Shown: positions 1 to 7,868 of the stretch, one piece after another
How positions within the stretch are numbered: position 1 is the first letter of the stretch
Layout: every line of letters begins with the position of its first letter
Assembly: GCA_937930465.1 (NCBI GenBank)
Contig: CALGKV010000079.1
Location: 1-24,674, forward strand
Origin: Methanosuratincolales archaeon
GTDB taxonomy: Archaea > Thermoproteota > Methanomethylicia > Methanomethylicales > Methanomethylicaceae
Direction of reading: 5' to 3'
DNA: 24,674 bases
Notes under the pieces: generated by a model
The model's input: the letters and a program-made list of their open reading frames with translations, nothing else
The model's database searches: none
What the model was told of the DNA's origin: nothing
Program-made: the position numbers and the translations under genes

Positions 1-1
1 A

Positions 2-457
2 GAGATAAGGATCCCGGATCCGGGATCTTCGGTGCTTGTCACGGTCGGGAACGGCGGCAAGAAGACGGTGATCATCCCGTTCATTTGGGCATTGAAGAAG
101 GACGGGTTCAAGATATACGCGACCGAGAAGACCTCGAAGGCACTGGAGGAGGCCAACTTGAAGGACGTCGTGACCCTCAACAAGATAAGGGAGGCCGAGA
201 AGAAGCCGAACATCTCGGATGAGATAGCCTCCGGGAACGTCGACCTGGTGATCAACATCCCGGTCGAGGAGTCGAAGGAGGAGATGGAGGACGAGTACCT
301 CATCAGGAGGATGGCAGTCGAGTTCAATGTCCCGGTCATGACGACGCTGGAGCTCGTGGCAGCATTGGTCGCCGTGATCAAGTACAGGAACGCAAACCCG
401 CTGACCGTGAAATCCCTCAACGAGTACATGGAGGCACTCCCCTGGAAGAGATGGTAG
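2..457 (+). CDS. carB: Carbamoyl-phosphate synthase large subunit, C-terminal MGS-like domain (5'-partial, begins before window)
   Basis: Frame open from base 2 (EIRIPDPGSSVLVTV...). Contains GFKIYATEKT, VDLVINIP and YLIRRMAVEFNVPVMTT, typical of the CarB MGS-like domain. Confidence 0.85.
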   Translation, partial: EIRIPDPGSSVLVTVGNGGKKTVIIPFIWALKKDGFKIYATEKTSKALEEANLKDVVTLNKIREAEKKPNISDEIASGNVDLVINIPVEESKEEMEDEYLIRRMAVEFNVPVMTTLELVAALVAVIKYRNANPLTVKSLNEYMEALPWKRW

Positions 458-472
458 GCGCCAGTTCTCGAC

Positions 473-478
473 TTTTTT
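473..478 (+). terminator. Oligo-T tract after carB, putative archaeal terminator
   Basis: TTTTTT 15 nt after the carB stop. Confidence 0.45.
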
Positions 479-510
479 CCCTCACCGTTCCGATAAGAAC
501 AGCGGGAGGG

Positions 511-519
511 GTTTTATAC
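511..519 (+). promoter_or_regulatory. Putative TATA box for a leaderless transcript starting near ATG 541
   Basis: GTTTTATAC ending ~22 nt before ATG 541, the usual archaeal TATA-to-TSS spacing. Confidence 0.5.
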
Positions 520-540
520 TTGGATGGAGAATCCTTCCAT

Positions 541-1215
541 ATGGGGCGCTTTATCGGGATGCCAGGGGATCAATCCAAAGGGGTCGAGGCGGCAGCACTC
601 TTCTCCGGAAAGGATTCTCTGTTCGCAGTCTTGCAGGCTGAAAGGATGGGTCTCCGTGTAAACCGGCTCATATCCATGGTCACGACATTCGGGCAGCCCT
701 CGCCCCACATCGAAAACATTAGTGCCATGGAGAGGGCGGCGGAGATAATGCGCAAGAGGCTAACTATTGTCGACCTCCGGGAGGGGGAGAGGAGCCTAGT
801 GAGTACCCTAAGGGGTTCTGGCGCTGGCGCACTAGTTGCTGGCGATGTCTTTGTGGAAGATCATGTAGAATGGCTTGAGAGGGTCTGCAAGGTAACTGGA
901 ATGGCGCTCGTCGAGCCGCTTTATGGCAGGAGGACGGAGGACATCCTGAGGGAGATGCTCAGCCAAGGGTTCGTGGTGATGCTAGTCGGTGTTGACACCA
1001 GGCTCCTTAGCGAGGAGTGGCTGGGGTTCACGCTGTCTGAGGAAAACCTCGAAGACTTCCTCGCTGGGATTGGGAGTGCAGACCCCCTCGGCGAGAACGG
1101 CGAGTACCACACGCTGGTCCTCGACTGCCCCCTCTACTCCAGGCGACTCGAGGTGCGCTCATCTGTAAAGATCCAATCGGGGAATCTGAAGTATTTGAAA
1201 GTTGAGGTCGCTTGA
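541..1215 (+). CDS. Diphthine-ammonia ligase (Dph6)-like / DUF71 PP-loop ATP-binding protein, 224 aa
   Basis: Motifs LFSGKDS (PP-loop variant), GDVFVEDHVEW, PLYG and DPLGENGEYHTLVLDCPLY. Start moved from 451 to ATG 541 on TATA spacing and family length; ATG 559 is an alternative. Confidence 0.8.
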   Translation: MGRFIGMPGDQSKGVEAAALFSGKDSLFAVLQAERMGLRVNRLISMVTTFGQPSPHIENISAMERAAEIMRKRLTIVDLREGERSLVSTLRGSGAGALVAGDVFVEDHVEWLERVCKVTGMALVEPLYGRRTEDILREMLSQGFVVMLVGVDTRLLSEEWLGFTLSEENLEDFLAGIGSADPLGENGEYHTLVLDCPLYSRRLEVRSSVKIQSGNLKYLKVEVA

Positions 1216-1403
1216 TCGGTAATGGATTCAGCGATAGGAAAATCACATAACGCAGGTAGATCCGGCGGCTTCTGAACCAGATTCCCCCGAAAGATTAGTG
1301 AGCCGAGGGTTATTGCCGAGAGCAGCAAATGAATCAATTGGAACTGTTGACGGTTTCCTGTGCGATGAAAATTCCAAGTGGCAAGAGGTCAAGCAGAATT
1401 GCC

Positions 1404-1417
1404 CAAAAAGCTTAATA
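1404..1417 (+). promoter_or_regulatory. Putative BRE+TATA promoter of the tkt-aro-phe-tyr operon
   Basis: CAAAAAG-CTTAATA resembles a purine-rich BRE plus TATA, predicting a TSS near 1440 and a ~210 nt 5' leader. Confidence 0.5.
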
Positions 1418-1457
1418 CGCTTGGCCACAGTGATAACCTTACAAAACGGTGGTTAAA

Positions 1458-1481
1458 GTGAGCCAATTCCAATATCTATAA
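1458..1481 (+). CDS. Candidate leader peptide MSQFQYL (uORF)
   Basis: GTG AGC CAA TTC CAA TAT CTA TAA, preceded by GGTGG (1448-1452) at 5 nt spacing. Confidence 0.3.
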   Translation: MSQFQYL

Positions 1482-1549
1482 CACGACTGGTCCCTTCTTG
1501 TTTAGACCAGTCGGTGCTCTCAGGCTCTGAGAGACTGAGTCCGGTTTTT
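1482..1549 (+). promoter_or_regulatory. Structured leader: alternative hairpins followed by T5
   Basis: Perfect 9-bp stem 1484-1492/1505-1513, perfect 7-bp stem 1517-1523/1527-1533, alternative pairing 1505-1511/1534-1541, and TTTTT at 1545-1549. Confidence 0.45.
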
Positions 1550-1650
1550 GGTATAGACGGAGTAAAGACGAAGGGCTCGGAAAAGACATTTGCACACAAG
1601 CAACACGCGGACACTGCGCCAGTGCGCCCTGATCTTGAGGTGCTTCATGT

Positions 1651-2508
1651 ATGAGCGGCACGGTCGAGCTGGCAGACCTAAAGCACTCTACCGACGTCCA
1701 GAAGGTGAAAGAGAGGATAAGGCAAGTCCAGCGCTCGCTCGTCGAGATGACCTCGTCTATGGGGGTGCACATCGGCTCCTCGCTCTCGTGCCTTGAGATC
1801 ATAGCTACGCTATACTTCCTGAAGATGCGGCACGCTCCGCATAGGCCACAGTGGCGGGAAAGGGACAAATTCATACTCAGCAAGGGGCACGCCGCGCCGG
1901 TGCTCTATGCTGTATTGGCAGAGGCGGGCTACTTCCCGAAGGAGGAGCTCCGAACCCTAAAGCGAATCAACTCCCGGCTGCAGGGCCACCCAGACCTGAG
2001 GACGCCAGGAGTTGACGCCCCATCAGGCTCGCTGGGTCAGGGGATCTCGATAGGCATCGGCATGGCTATGGCGGCGAAGATGCGCGGGAGCAGGAGCAGG
2101 GTCTACGTTCTTGTCGGCGATGGCGAGTGCGATGAGGGTCAGGTCTGGGAGTCGCTCATGACGGCAGCGCACCTCAGGCTGGACAACCTAGTCCTAATAA
2201 TAGACAGGAATGGCTGGCAGCTTGACGACAGGACGGAGGAGGTGAAGAGGAAGGTGCCGCTAAGGAGCAAGCTTGAGAGCTTCGGGTGGGAGACATACTC
2301 GATAAACGGGCACGACGTGGAGAAGATAGTCGAGGTCCTGGACGCCGCGGAGAGGGCGGAGCAGCCCGTGGCAATAATCGCCCACACAAAGAAGGGGAAG
2401 GGGATCTCTTTCCTAGAGGACTCGAACAAGGGGCACAAGCTGAAGCTGAGCGAGGACGAGTACCTGGCAGCGATCAAGGAGCTGGAGATGAGGGCAAAGT
2501 GCGCGTAG
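1651..2508 (+). CDS. tkt: Transketolase, N-terminal (TPP-binding) subunit
   Basis: HIGSSLS, DKFILSKGHAAP, LQGHPD, GSLGQG and the TPP motif GDGECDEGQVWE...IDRN. SD GAGGTG at 1637-1642. Confidence 0.95.
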   Translation: MSGTVELADLKHSTDVQKVKERIRQVQRSLVEMTSSMGVHIGSSLSCLEIIATLYFLKMRHAPHRPQWRERDKFILSKGHAAPVLYAVLAEAGYFPKEELRTLKRINSRLQGHPDLRTPGVDAPSGSLGQGISIGIGMAMAAKMRGSRSRVYVLVGDGECDEGQVWESLMTAAHLRLDNLVLIIDRNGWQLDDRTEEVKRKVPLRSKLESFGWETYSINGHDVEKIVEVLDAAERAEQPVAIIAHTKKGKGISFLEDSNKGHKLKLSEDEYLAAIKELEMRAKCA

Positions 2509-3410
2509 CGTTTGGGGAGGGGCTGCTCGAGCTGGGCAGCGAGAACGAGGACCTGGTGGTGCTGACGGCTGATGTCGCAAGGCCCACCCATGTAATAGGC
2601 TTCGGCGAGCGCTTCCCACACAGGTTCCTGGACGTCGGGATCGCGGAGCAGGACATGGTTGACATTGCTGCGGGGCTGGCCCTCAGCGAGAAGGTGCCCG
2701 TTGCAGTGGCGTTCGCTCCGTTCATGATGAGGGCATGGGAGCAGGTCAGGAGCACTATCGCAAGGTGCAGCCTGAACGTGAAGCTAGTGGGCACCCATGC
2801 CGGGCTTTCGGCGTCGGACGAGGGGGCGTCGCACCAGTCGCTAGAGGATGTTGCGCTGATGCGGGTGCTCCCCAACATGACCGTGGTCGTGCCAGGCGAT
2901 AGGGAGGAAGTCAAGGAGGCCACGCGTGCGATCGTCGAGAGCAAGGGGCCTGCCTACATGAGGATAGGCAGGGACGAGGATGCAAATTTCCTTCATGAAG
3001 GGTTCAGGCTAGGGAGGGCTACCGTGCTAAGAGATGGCTGCGACGTTGCCGTATTCTCCAACGGCTACATCACGTCGGAGGTGCTGGCTGCAGCTGAGGG
3101 GGCGCCCGTTGACGCAATGGTGGTCCATGTTCCGACTGTGAAGCCGCTGGACTCGGACACGGTAATCTCTGCTGTTAGGAGGACCGGGGCTGCCGTATGT
3201 GTGGAAGAGCACAGCATAATCGGGGGACTGGGCAGTGCCGTCTCGGAGCTGGTCTCCACAGAGTATCCGGTACACATAAGGAGGATGGGCGTCAGCGACA
3301 CTTTCGGCGAGTCCGGCACCTACAGGGAACTCCTGGATAAGCACCGCCTCAGCGCACCACACATCAGGGAGGCGATGGTAGAGGCAGCAAAAAGGAGGGG
3401 CAAGAGATGA
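2499..3410 (+). CDS. tkt: Transketolase, C-terminal subunit, 303 aa
   Basis: RVAFGEGL, DVGIAEQDMV, GTHAGLSASDEGASHQSLED, PAYMRIGR, VEEHSIIGGLGS. Start placed at GTG 2499, overlapping the upstream stop; the ORF-track 2286 start is a shadow extension. Confidence 0.93.
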   Translation: MRVAFGEGLLELGSENEDLVVLTADVARPTHVIGFGERFPHRFLDVGIAEQDMVDIAAGLALSEKVPVAVAFAPFMMRAWEQVRSTIARCSLNVKLVGTHAGLSASDEGASHQSLEDVALMRVLPNMTVVVPGDREEVKEATRAIVESKGPAYMRIGRDEDANFLHEGFRLGRATVLRDGCDVAVFSNGYITSEVLAAAEGAPVDAMVVHVPTVKPLDSDTVISAVRRTGAAVCVEEHSIIGGLGSAVSELVSTEYPVHIRRMGVSDTFGESGTYRELLDKHRLSAPHIREAMVEAAKRRGKR

Positions 3411-4387
3411 TCATTTTGCTTGAATTGGAATCAAAGCAACTGGAGGAAGCGCTCAGGGGAAGGTTTCGGAAGGTGAGGTACGGGGGAAAGGTAGCCTATG
3501 TCGCAACCCGGCAGGTCCCGGCAGAGATCCTAGACAGGCTGCACGGGGCAAGGATCGTTGACACAGGTAAACCGTACCAGCTGGCGAGCAGGGTCCTCCT
3601 GGAAGACGGCTCAAGGGTCAGGATAGGGGACGTGGAGTTCGGGGGCAAGGAGATCCAAGTCTGTGCTGGCCCTTGCGCTATCGAGAGCAGATCCCAGCTG
3701 CTGGAGGCGGCCCAGGCAGTAAAGGGCGCAGGGGCTTCGGTGCTCCGGGGAGGGGCGTTCAAGCCCAGGACTTCGCCGTACTCCTTCCAGGGCCTCGGAG
3801 AGGAGGGGTTGAGGCTTTTGAGGGAGGTGGCGGACGAGGTCGGCATGCCTGTTGTCACAGAGGCAACGACCCCAGAGCAGGTCCCTCTTGTTTCGGAGCA
3901 CTCTGACGCCATACAGATCGGGGCGAGGAACATGCAGAACTTCGAGCTCCTCAAGGCTGCGGGCAGATCCGGGAAACCCGTTCTGCTGAAGAGGGGGGCG
4001 TCCTCTACGATTGAGGAGTGGATCCTCGCAGCCGAGTACATACTTCTCGAAGGCAACTGGAACGTGATCCTTTGCGAGAGGGGGATCAAAAGCTTCGACA
4101 GCTCGACAAGGAATGTTCTGGACGTTGCAGCGATTGCGCTAGCGAAGGGGCTCACGCACCTGCCCGTCATCGCCGACCCGAGTCACGCAACAGGGAGGAG
4201 GGATCTGATCGCACCGGCTGCTATGGCTGCAGTTGCCGCAGGCGCGGACGGGCTCATCGTAGAGGTCCATCCCCGACCGGATGAGGCCCTTAGCGATGGG
4301 CCGCAGTCCCTCGATCCGAGTGGGTTCAGGAAGATGATGTCCGAGGTCGCCAAGGTCGCGAAGGCAACTGGAAGGGGTCTGGGTTGA
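3407..4387 (+). CDS. aroF: Type I-beta DAHP (DAH7P) synthase with short N-terminal ACT/ferredoxin-like extension
   Basis: AGPCAIES, RGGAFKPRTSPYSFQG, QIGARNMQN, LKRG, CERG, DPSH, EVHP. Confidence 0.95.
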   Translation: MIILLELESKQLEEALRGRFRKVRYGGKVAYVATRQVPAEILDRLHGARIVDTGKPYQLASRVLLEDGSRVRIGDVEFGGKEIQVCAGPCAIESRSQLLEAAQAVKGAGASVLRGGAFKPRTSPYSFQGLGEEGLRLLREVADEVGMPVVTEATTPEQVPLVSEHSDAIQIGARNMQNFELLKAAGRSGKPVLLKRGASSTIEEWILAAEYILLEGNWNVILCERGIKSFDSSTRNVLDVAAIALAKGLTHLPVIADPSHATGRRDLIAPAAMAAVAAGADGLIVEVHPRPDEALSDGPQSLDPSGFRKMMSEVAKVAKATGRGLG

Positions 4388-5472
4388 GGAAGATCGCAGT
4401 AAGTTGTGGGTGCCTCGAATACCCAGTCCTGATCGGTGCAGGGCTTCTTGGCACGGTCGGTGGAGCAGCCAAGGGACTCGCAGGGGACGGGAAGGTGGTG
4501 ATCATCACAGTACCTCCGGTCAGGGAGCTTTACCTTGAGAGCGTGGCAAGCAGCATGGACATTGAAGGGATCGAGCCTGTTGTCATAACCGTCCCGGACG
4601 GTGAGGAAGCCAAGACTCCCGAGACTTACCTATATGTTGTGGGCAGGATGCTGGACGCAGGGGCGGGCAGGGACTCGCTGGTCCTTTCCCTTGGAGGGGG
4701 GTGTGCAGGGGACCTCGCGGGGTTCGTAGCCTCGACATACATGCGCGGGGTCTCACTGGCGCACATCCCGACCACACTTCTAGCGCAGGTGGACAGCAGC
4801 ATAGGCGGCAAGAGCGCACTGAACCACCCAAGGGCTAAGAATCTAATAGGGAGCTTCCACCAGCCGAAGCTCGTCATCTCAGACACCCGGGTGCTCGCTA
4901 CATTGCCGACAAAAGAGCTGCGCTGCGGTCTAGCAGAGGTACTCAAGTACGGAGCCATACTTGACGGCGGACTCTTCCGGATTATCGAGCAGAGAGCTGG
5001 CGACATGCTGGCGCTAGAAGAAGGCGTGCTTGAGGATGTGATATGCAGATCGGCGGAGATCAAAGCCAGGGTCGTTTCGCTGGACGAAAAGGACAGGGGC
5101 GAGAGGATGCTGCTCAACTTCGGGCACACCGTTGGGCATGCCATAGAGGCGGCGACCTGCTACCGAAATTACAGCCACGGGGAGGCGGTAGCAATAGGGA
5201 TGTTGGCAGAGGCTAGGATCGCTGCGCAGCTCGGAATGATAAGCGATGGAACCGTGGACAGGATTGAGGCACTTGCCTCGCGGCTGGGGCTCCCGACGAG
5301 GGTCAAGGGTGTAACGGCGGAGGGGCTGATCGGGATCATGAAAGGCGACAAGAAAGCGGAGAGAGGAGAGATTAGGTTCGCGCTCCCGGACGCGATCGGT
5401 TCAGGCGCGGTGGTCGAGGTCAAGGACAGGGCATTGATAGAAGAGGCGATCAAGGGGGTGCTCGGCGATTAG
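4384..5472 (+). CDS. aroB: 3-dehydroquinate synthase
   Basis: GGGCAGDLAGF, PTTLLAQVDSSIGGK, KNLIG, AEVLKY, LNFGHTVGHAIE, HGEAVAIG. TTG start overlaps the aroF stop (TTGA). Confidence 0.96.
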   Translation: MRKIAVSCGCLEYPVLIGAGLLGTVGGAAKGLAGDGKVVIITVPPVRELYLESVASSMDIEGIEPVVITVPDGEEAKTPETYLYVVGRMLDAGAGRDSLVLSLGGGCAGDLAGFVASTYMRGVSLAHIPTTLLAQVDSSIGGKSALNHPRAKNLIGSFHQPKLVISDTRVLATLPTKELRCGLAEVLKYGAILDGGLFRIIEQRAGDMLALEEGVLEDVICRSAEIKARVVSLDEKDRGERMLLNFGHTVGHAIEAATCYRNYSHGEAVAIGMLAEARIAAQLGMISDGTVDRIEALASRLGLPTRVKGVTAEGLIGIMKGDKKAERGEIRFALPDAIGSGAVVEVKDRALIEEAIKGVLGD

Positions 5473-6154
5473 CGGCAGACCCTACAGGATATGCGCATCT
5501 GTGGTGGGCAAGGACGAGACGGAGATCGCAAGGGCAGCCCTGTCAGCCGAGGAGCTTGGCGCAGACCTCGTGGAGCTGAGGCTCGACACAGTTGAGGGGC
5601 TTGACCGAGAGAAGGTCAGGTCGGTTTTCAGGCTTGCTGCTGGCGTAGGCTTGCCAAAGATTGCGACGGTGATGCCTAGGAGCATATTTGGTGGCTTTGA
5701 AGGAAGCGCCGAGGAGCTCGGAGAGCTGCTACTCGAGGCTTCCAACCGTGCCGAATACGTCGACGTTGGGATTGAGTTGCTTGAAGGGCACGAAGGGATT
5801 TTAGAAAAGCTCTCGCAAAGGGCGAAAGTTGTGCTTTCCTGGCATGCAGACCGATTGCTATCGATCGATGAGATGAGGAGCTTCGTAAGGTCTTGGCGCA
5901 GGTGCAGCGTCTACAAGATTGCAATGCCCGCCAAGAGTGCCAGTGATAACTTGGTGGCTTTGCAAGGGTGCCTGGCTCTGGAGGGATTCAGGAGGGTCGT
6001 CTTCTGCTACGGCAGAGAAGGCATTCCTTCGAGGGTGATCTCTCCGGTCTTCGGATCGGAGTGGGCTTATGCCGCGCTCCGGAAGGGGCAGGAAACGGCG
6101 CCTGGGCAGATCGACATCGATATCCTCAGACGGATCAGGGGGGCGTTCGCTTGA
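5468..6154 (+). CDS. aroD: Type I 3-dehydroquinate dehydratase (start uncertain: ATT 5468 proposed, GTG 5501 is the first canonical codon)
   Basis: RICASV N-terminal strand, VELRLD, YVDV, SWH, YKIA (Schiff-base Lys), SRV, APGQ. Confidence 0.9.
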   Translation: MSGRPYRICASVVGKDETEIARAALSAEELGADLVELRLDTVEGLDREKVRSVFRLAAGVGLPKIATVMPRSIFGGFEGSAEELGELLLEASNRAEYVDVGIELLEGHEGILEKLSQRAKVVLSWHADRLLSIDEMRSFVRSWRRCSVYKIAMPAKSASDNLVALQGCLALEGFRRVVFCYGREGIPSRVISPVFGSEWAYAALRKGQETAPGQIDIDILRRIRGAFA

Positions 6155-7005
6155 CGACTAGCAGAACAAGGCTCTTCTGCCTGCTGGGGGATCCGGTCGA
6201 TCATTCGATCAGCCCACAGATCTTCACCAGGGCATTCGAGGCTTGCGGGATGGATGCGGCATATTTGGCTTTCAGAGTCCCTGGCAGTTCACTAGGCAAG
6301 GCGATCGCAGGCCTGAGGGCGCTCGGCGTGGCTGGGTGCAACGTGACGGTCCCGCACAAGATAGCAGTGATGAGCCATCTCGACTCATTGGACAGGGCAG
6401 CAATGGAGATCGGCGCGGCGAACGTGATCAAGATGGAAAATGGCATGGCTGTTGGCTACAATACGGACGGCGATGGGGCATTGATGGCTCTCAGAAGGAG
6501 CGATCTCTCGGGCAAGGTTGTTGCCTTGGTGGGCTACGGCGGCGCAGCCAGGGGGGTCGCCTATGCCATTGCATCATCAAAGGATCCGGGGGAGGTGGTG
6601 ATTTCAGGGAGGGATCGCGCGAAGGCAGAGTCGCTCGCCCAGCGGCTGGCGTCCCTCTTCGCGGTCAAGAGCAGATCCGTTAGCATTGAAGGGCTCAAGG
6701 AAGCCGCCCCAGATGTTCTGGTGAACGCGACCCCTCTTGGGATGAAGCCTTGGGTTGACAAATCCCCTGTGGATGCTGATGTCCTGCGCGCAGGGATGGT
6801 CGTGTTCGACCTTGTATACAACCCGACCGAAACCAGGCTGATCAAGGAGGCCAGGGCAATTGGCTGCACGACCATCGGGGGGTTGGACATGCTGGTAGGG
6901 CAGGCAGCTGCAGCTTTCGAGATCTGGACTGGAGAGAGGGCACCGTTGGAGGAGATGGAGAAGGCAGCATCGGAAGCCGTTGCAAAGGGGGGTGCAGGCG
7001 AATGA
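6151..7005 (+). CDS. aroE: Shikimate dehydrogenase, 284 aa
   Basis: LGDPVDHSISP, NVTVPHK, YNTDG, VNATPLGM, DLVYNP, GLDMLVGQA. TTG 6151 overlaps the aroD stop. Confidence 0.96.
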   Translation: MTTSRTRLFCLLGDPVDHSISPQIFTRAFEACGMDAAYLAFRVPGSSLGKAIAGLRALGVAGCNVTVPHKIAVMSHLDSLDRAAMEIGAANVIKMENGMAVGYNTDGDGALMALRRSDLSGKVVALVGYGGAARGVAYAIASSKDPGEVVISGRDRAKAESLAQRLASLFAVKSRSVSIEGLKEAAPDVLVNATPLGMKPWVDKSPVDADVLRAGMVVFDLVYNPTETRLIKEARAIGCTTIGGLDMLVGQAAAAFEIWTGERAPLEEMEKAASEAVAKGGAGE

Positions 7006-7868
7006 GGGGGACAGGCACGTCCTACGGCGCAGCAACAATAGTCAACGCGATGCCATCCGGTTTCGGCGGGGCGATCGGGGTCTGGCTCAAGGCAGTCGCT
7101 GAGGTGGAGATCACTGAAGACCCTGCGGTCGAGGCTGTTGCGGCAGACCAGGAGGTCGAGGATCTCTCTCTGATTTCCGAGTCATTCAAGGCTGTTACAT
7201 GTAGGTACGGGCTCGGCTGCGGGGCTAGGATCACCGTTCGCAGCGAGATACCCCCTGCAAGGGGGATGAAGAGCTCGAGCGCAGTATCGAATGCAGTAGT
7301 TCTGGCTACGCTGGACGCGCTCGGCATAGATTGCGGGGCGATGGAGGCTGTCCAGATGGGCGTGCAGGCCTCAATGAGGGCAGGCGTGACCGCCACTGGC
7401 GCGTTCGATGACTCCTGCGCAAGCCTCTTTGGCGGCGTGTTCTTAACAGACAACGCGGGGATGAAGGTCCTCAGGAGCTGGGATGCCGAGGAGCTGACAG
7501 CGCTATTCCTGGTCCCCGAGGAGAGGAGGTATTCGGGGAAGGTCGACTCGGAGCTTCTCCGGAGCTATGCGCGGGTGTCACTCATGGCTTTCAACGAGGC
7601 GATCGAGGGGAGAATCTGGCAGGCAATGCTCATCAATGGGATGGCAATGGCCCACGTCTTCGGGTTCGACGCCGGACCGATCCTGGAGGCGGTAAGGGAG
7701 GGGGCGGTATCGGCAGGCCTTTGCGGCAAGGGCCCGGCCATATGCGCGGTGACCAGGCCGGAATACGAGGGAGGGATCCTTGACTGCTGGAGGGGCAGAG
7801 GCTGCAAAACTATCAGGACCAAGATCAGGGGCTGCGCCGTATGCGGGGTGGACGAGCTTGGCAGGTAG
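7002..7868 (+). CDS. aroK: Archaeal (GHMP-family) shikimate kinase
   Basis: YGAATIVNA, SEIPPARGMKSSSA, TGAFDDSCAS, LCGKGPA. Confidence 0.93.
   Translation: MRGTGTSYGAATIVNAMPSGFGGAIGVWLKAVAEVEITEDPAVEAVAADQEVEDLSLISESFKAVTCRYGLGCGARITVRSEIPPARGMKSSSAVSNAVVLATLDALGIDCGAMEAVQMGVQASMRAGVTATGAFDDSCASLFGGVFLTDNAGMKVLRSWDAEELTALFLVPEERRYSGKVDSELLRSYARVSLMAFNEAIEGRIWQAMLINGMAMAHVFGFDAGPILEAVREGAVSAGLCGKGPAICAVTRPEYEGGILDCWRGRGCKTIRTKIRGCAVCGVDELGR

Noticed and set aside
10-27. Perfect 18-bp palindrome GATCCCGGATCCGGGATC inside carB
   Set aside because: It lies in coding sequence (IRIPDPGS) with no repeat elsewhere in the window. Roughly 0.1 such palindromes are expected by chance in 25 kb, so it is not compelling alone.
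451-540. ORF-track N-terminal extension of the Dph6-like gene from ATG 451
   Set aside because: It overlaps the carB stop, the T-tract and the TATA box, and has no family similarity.
2286-2498. N-terminal extension or possible frameshift fusion of the two transketolase halves
   Set aside because: The extension reads as a shadow of the tktN frame. Split N/C transketolases are normal in archaea, GTG 2499 is a usable start, and I saw no slippery site.
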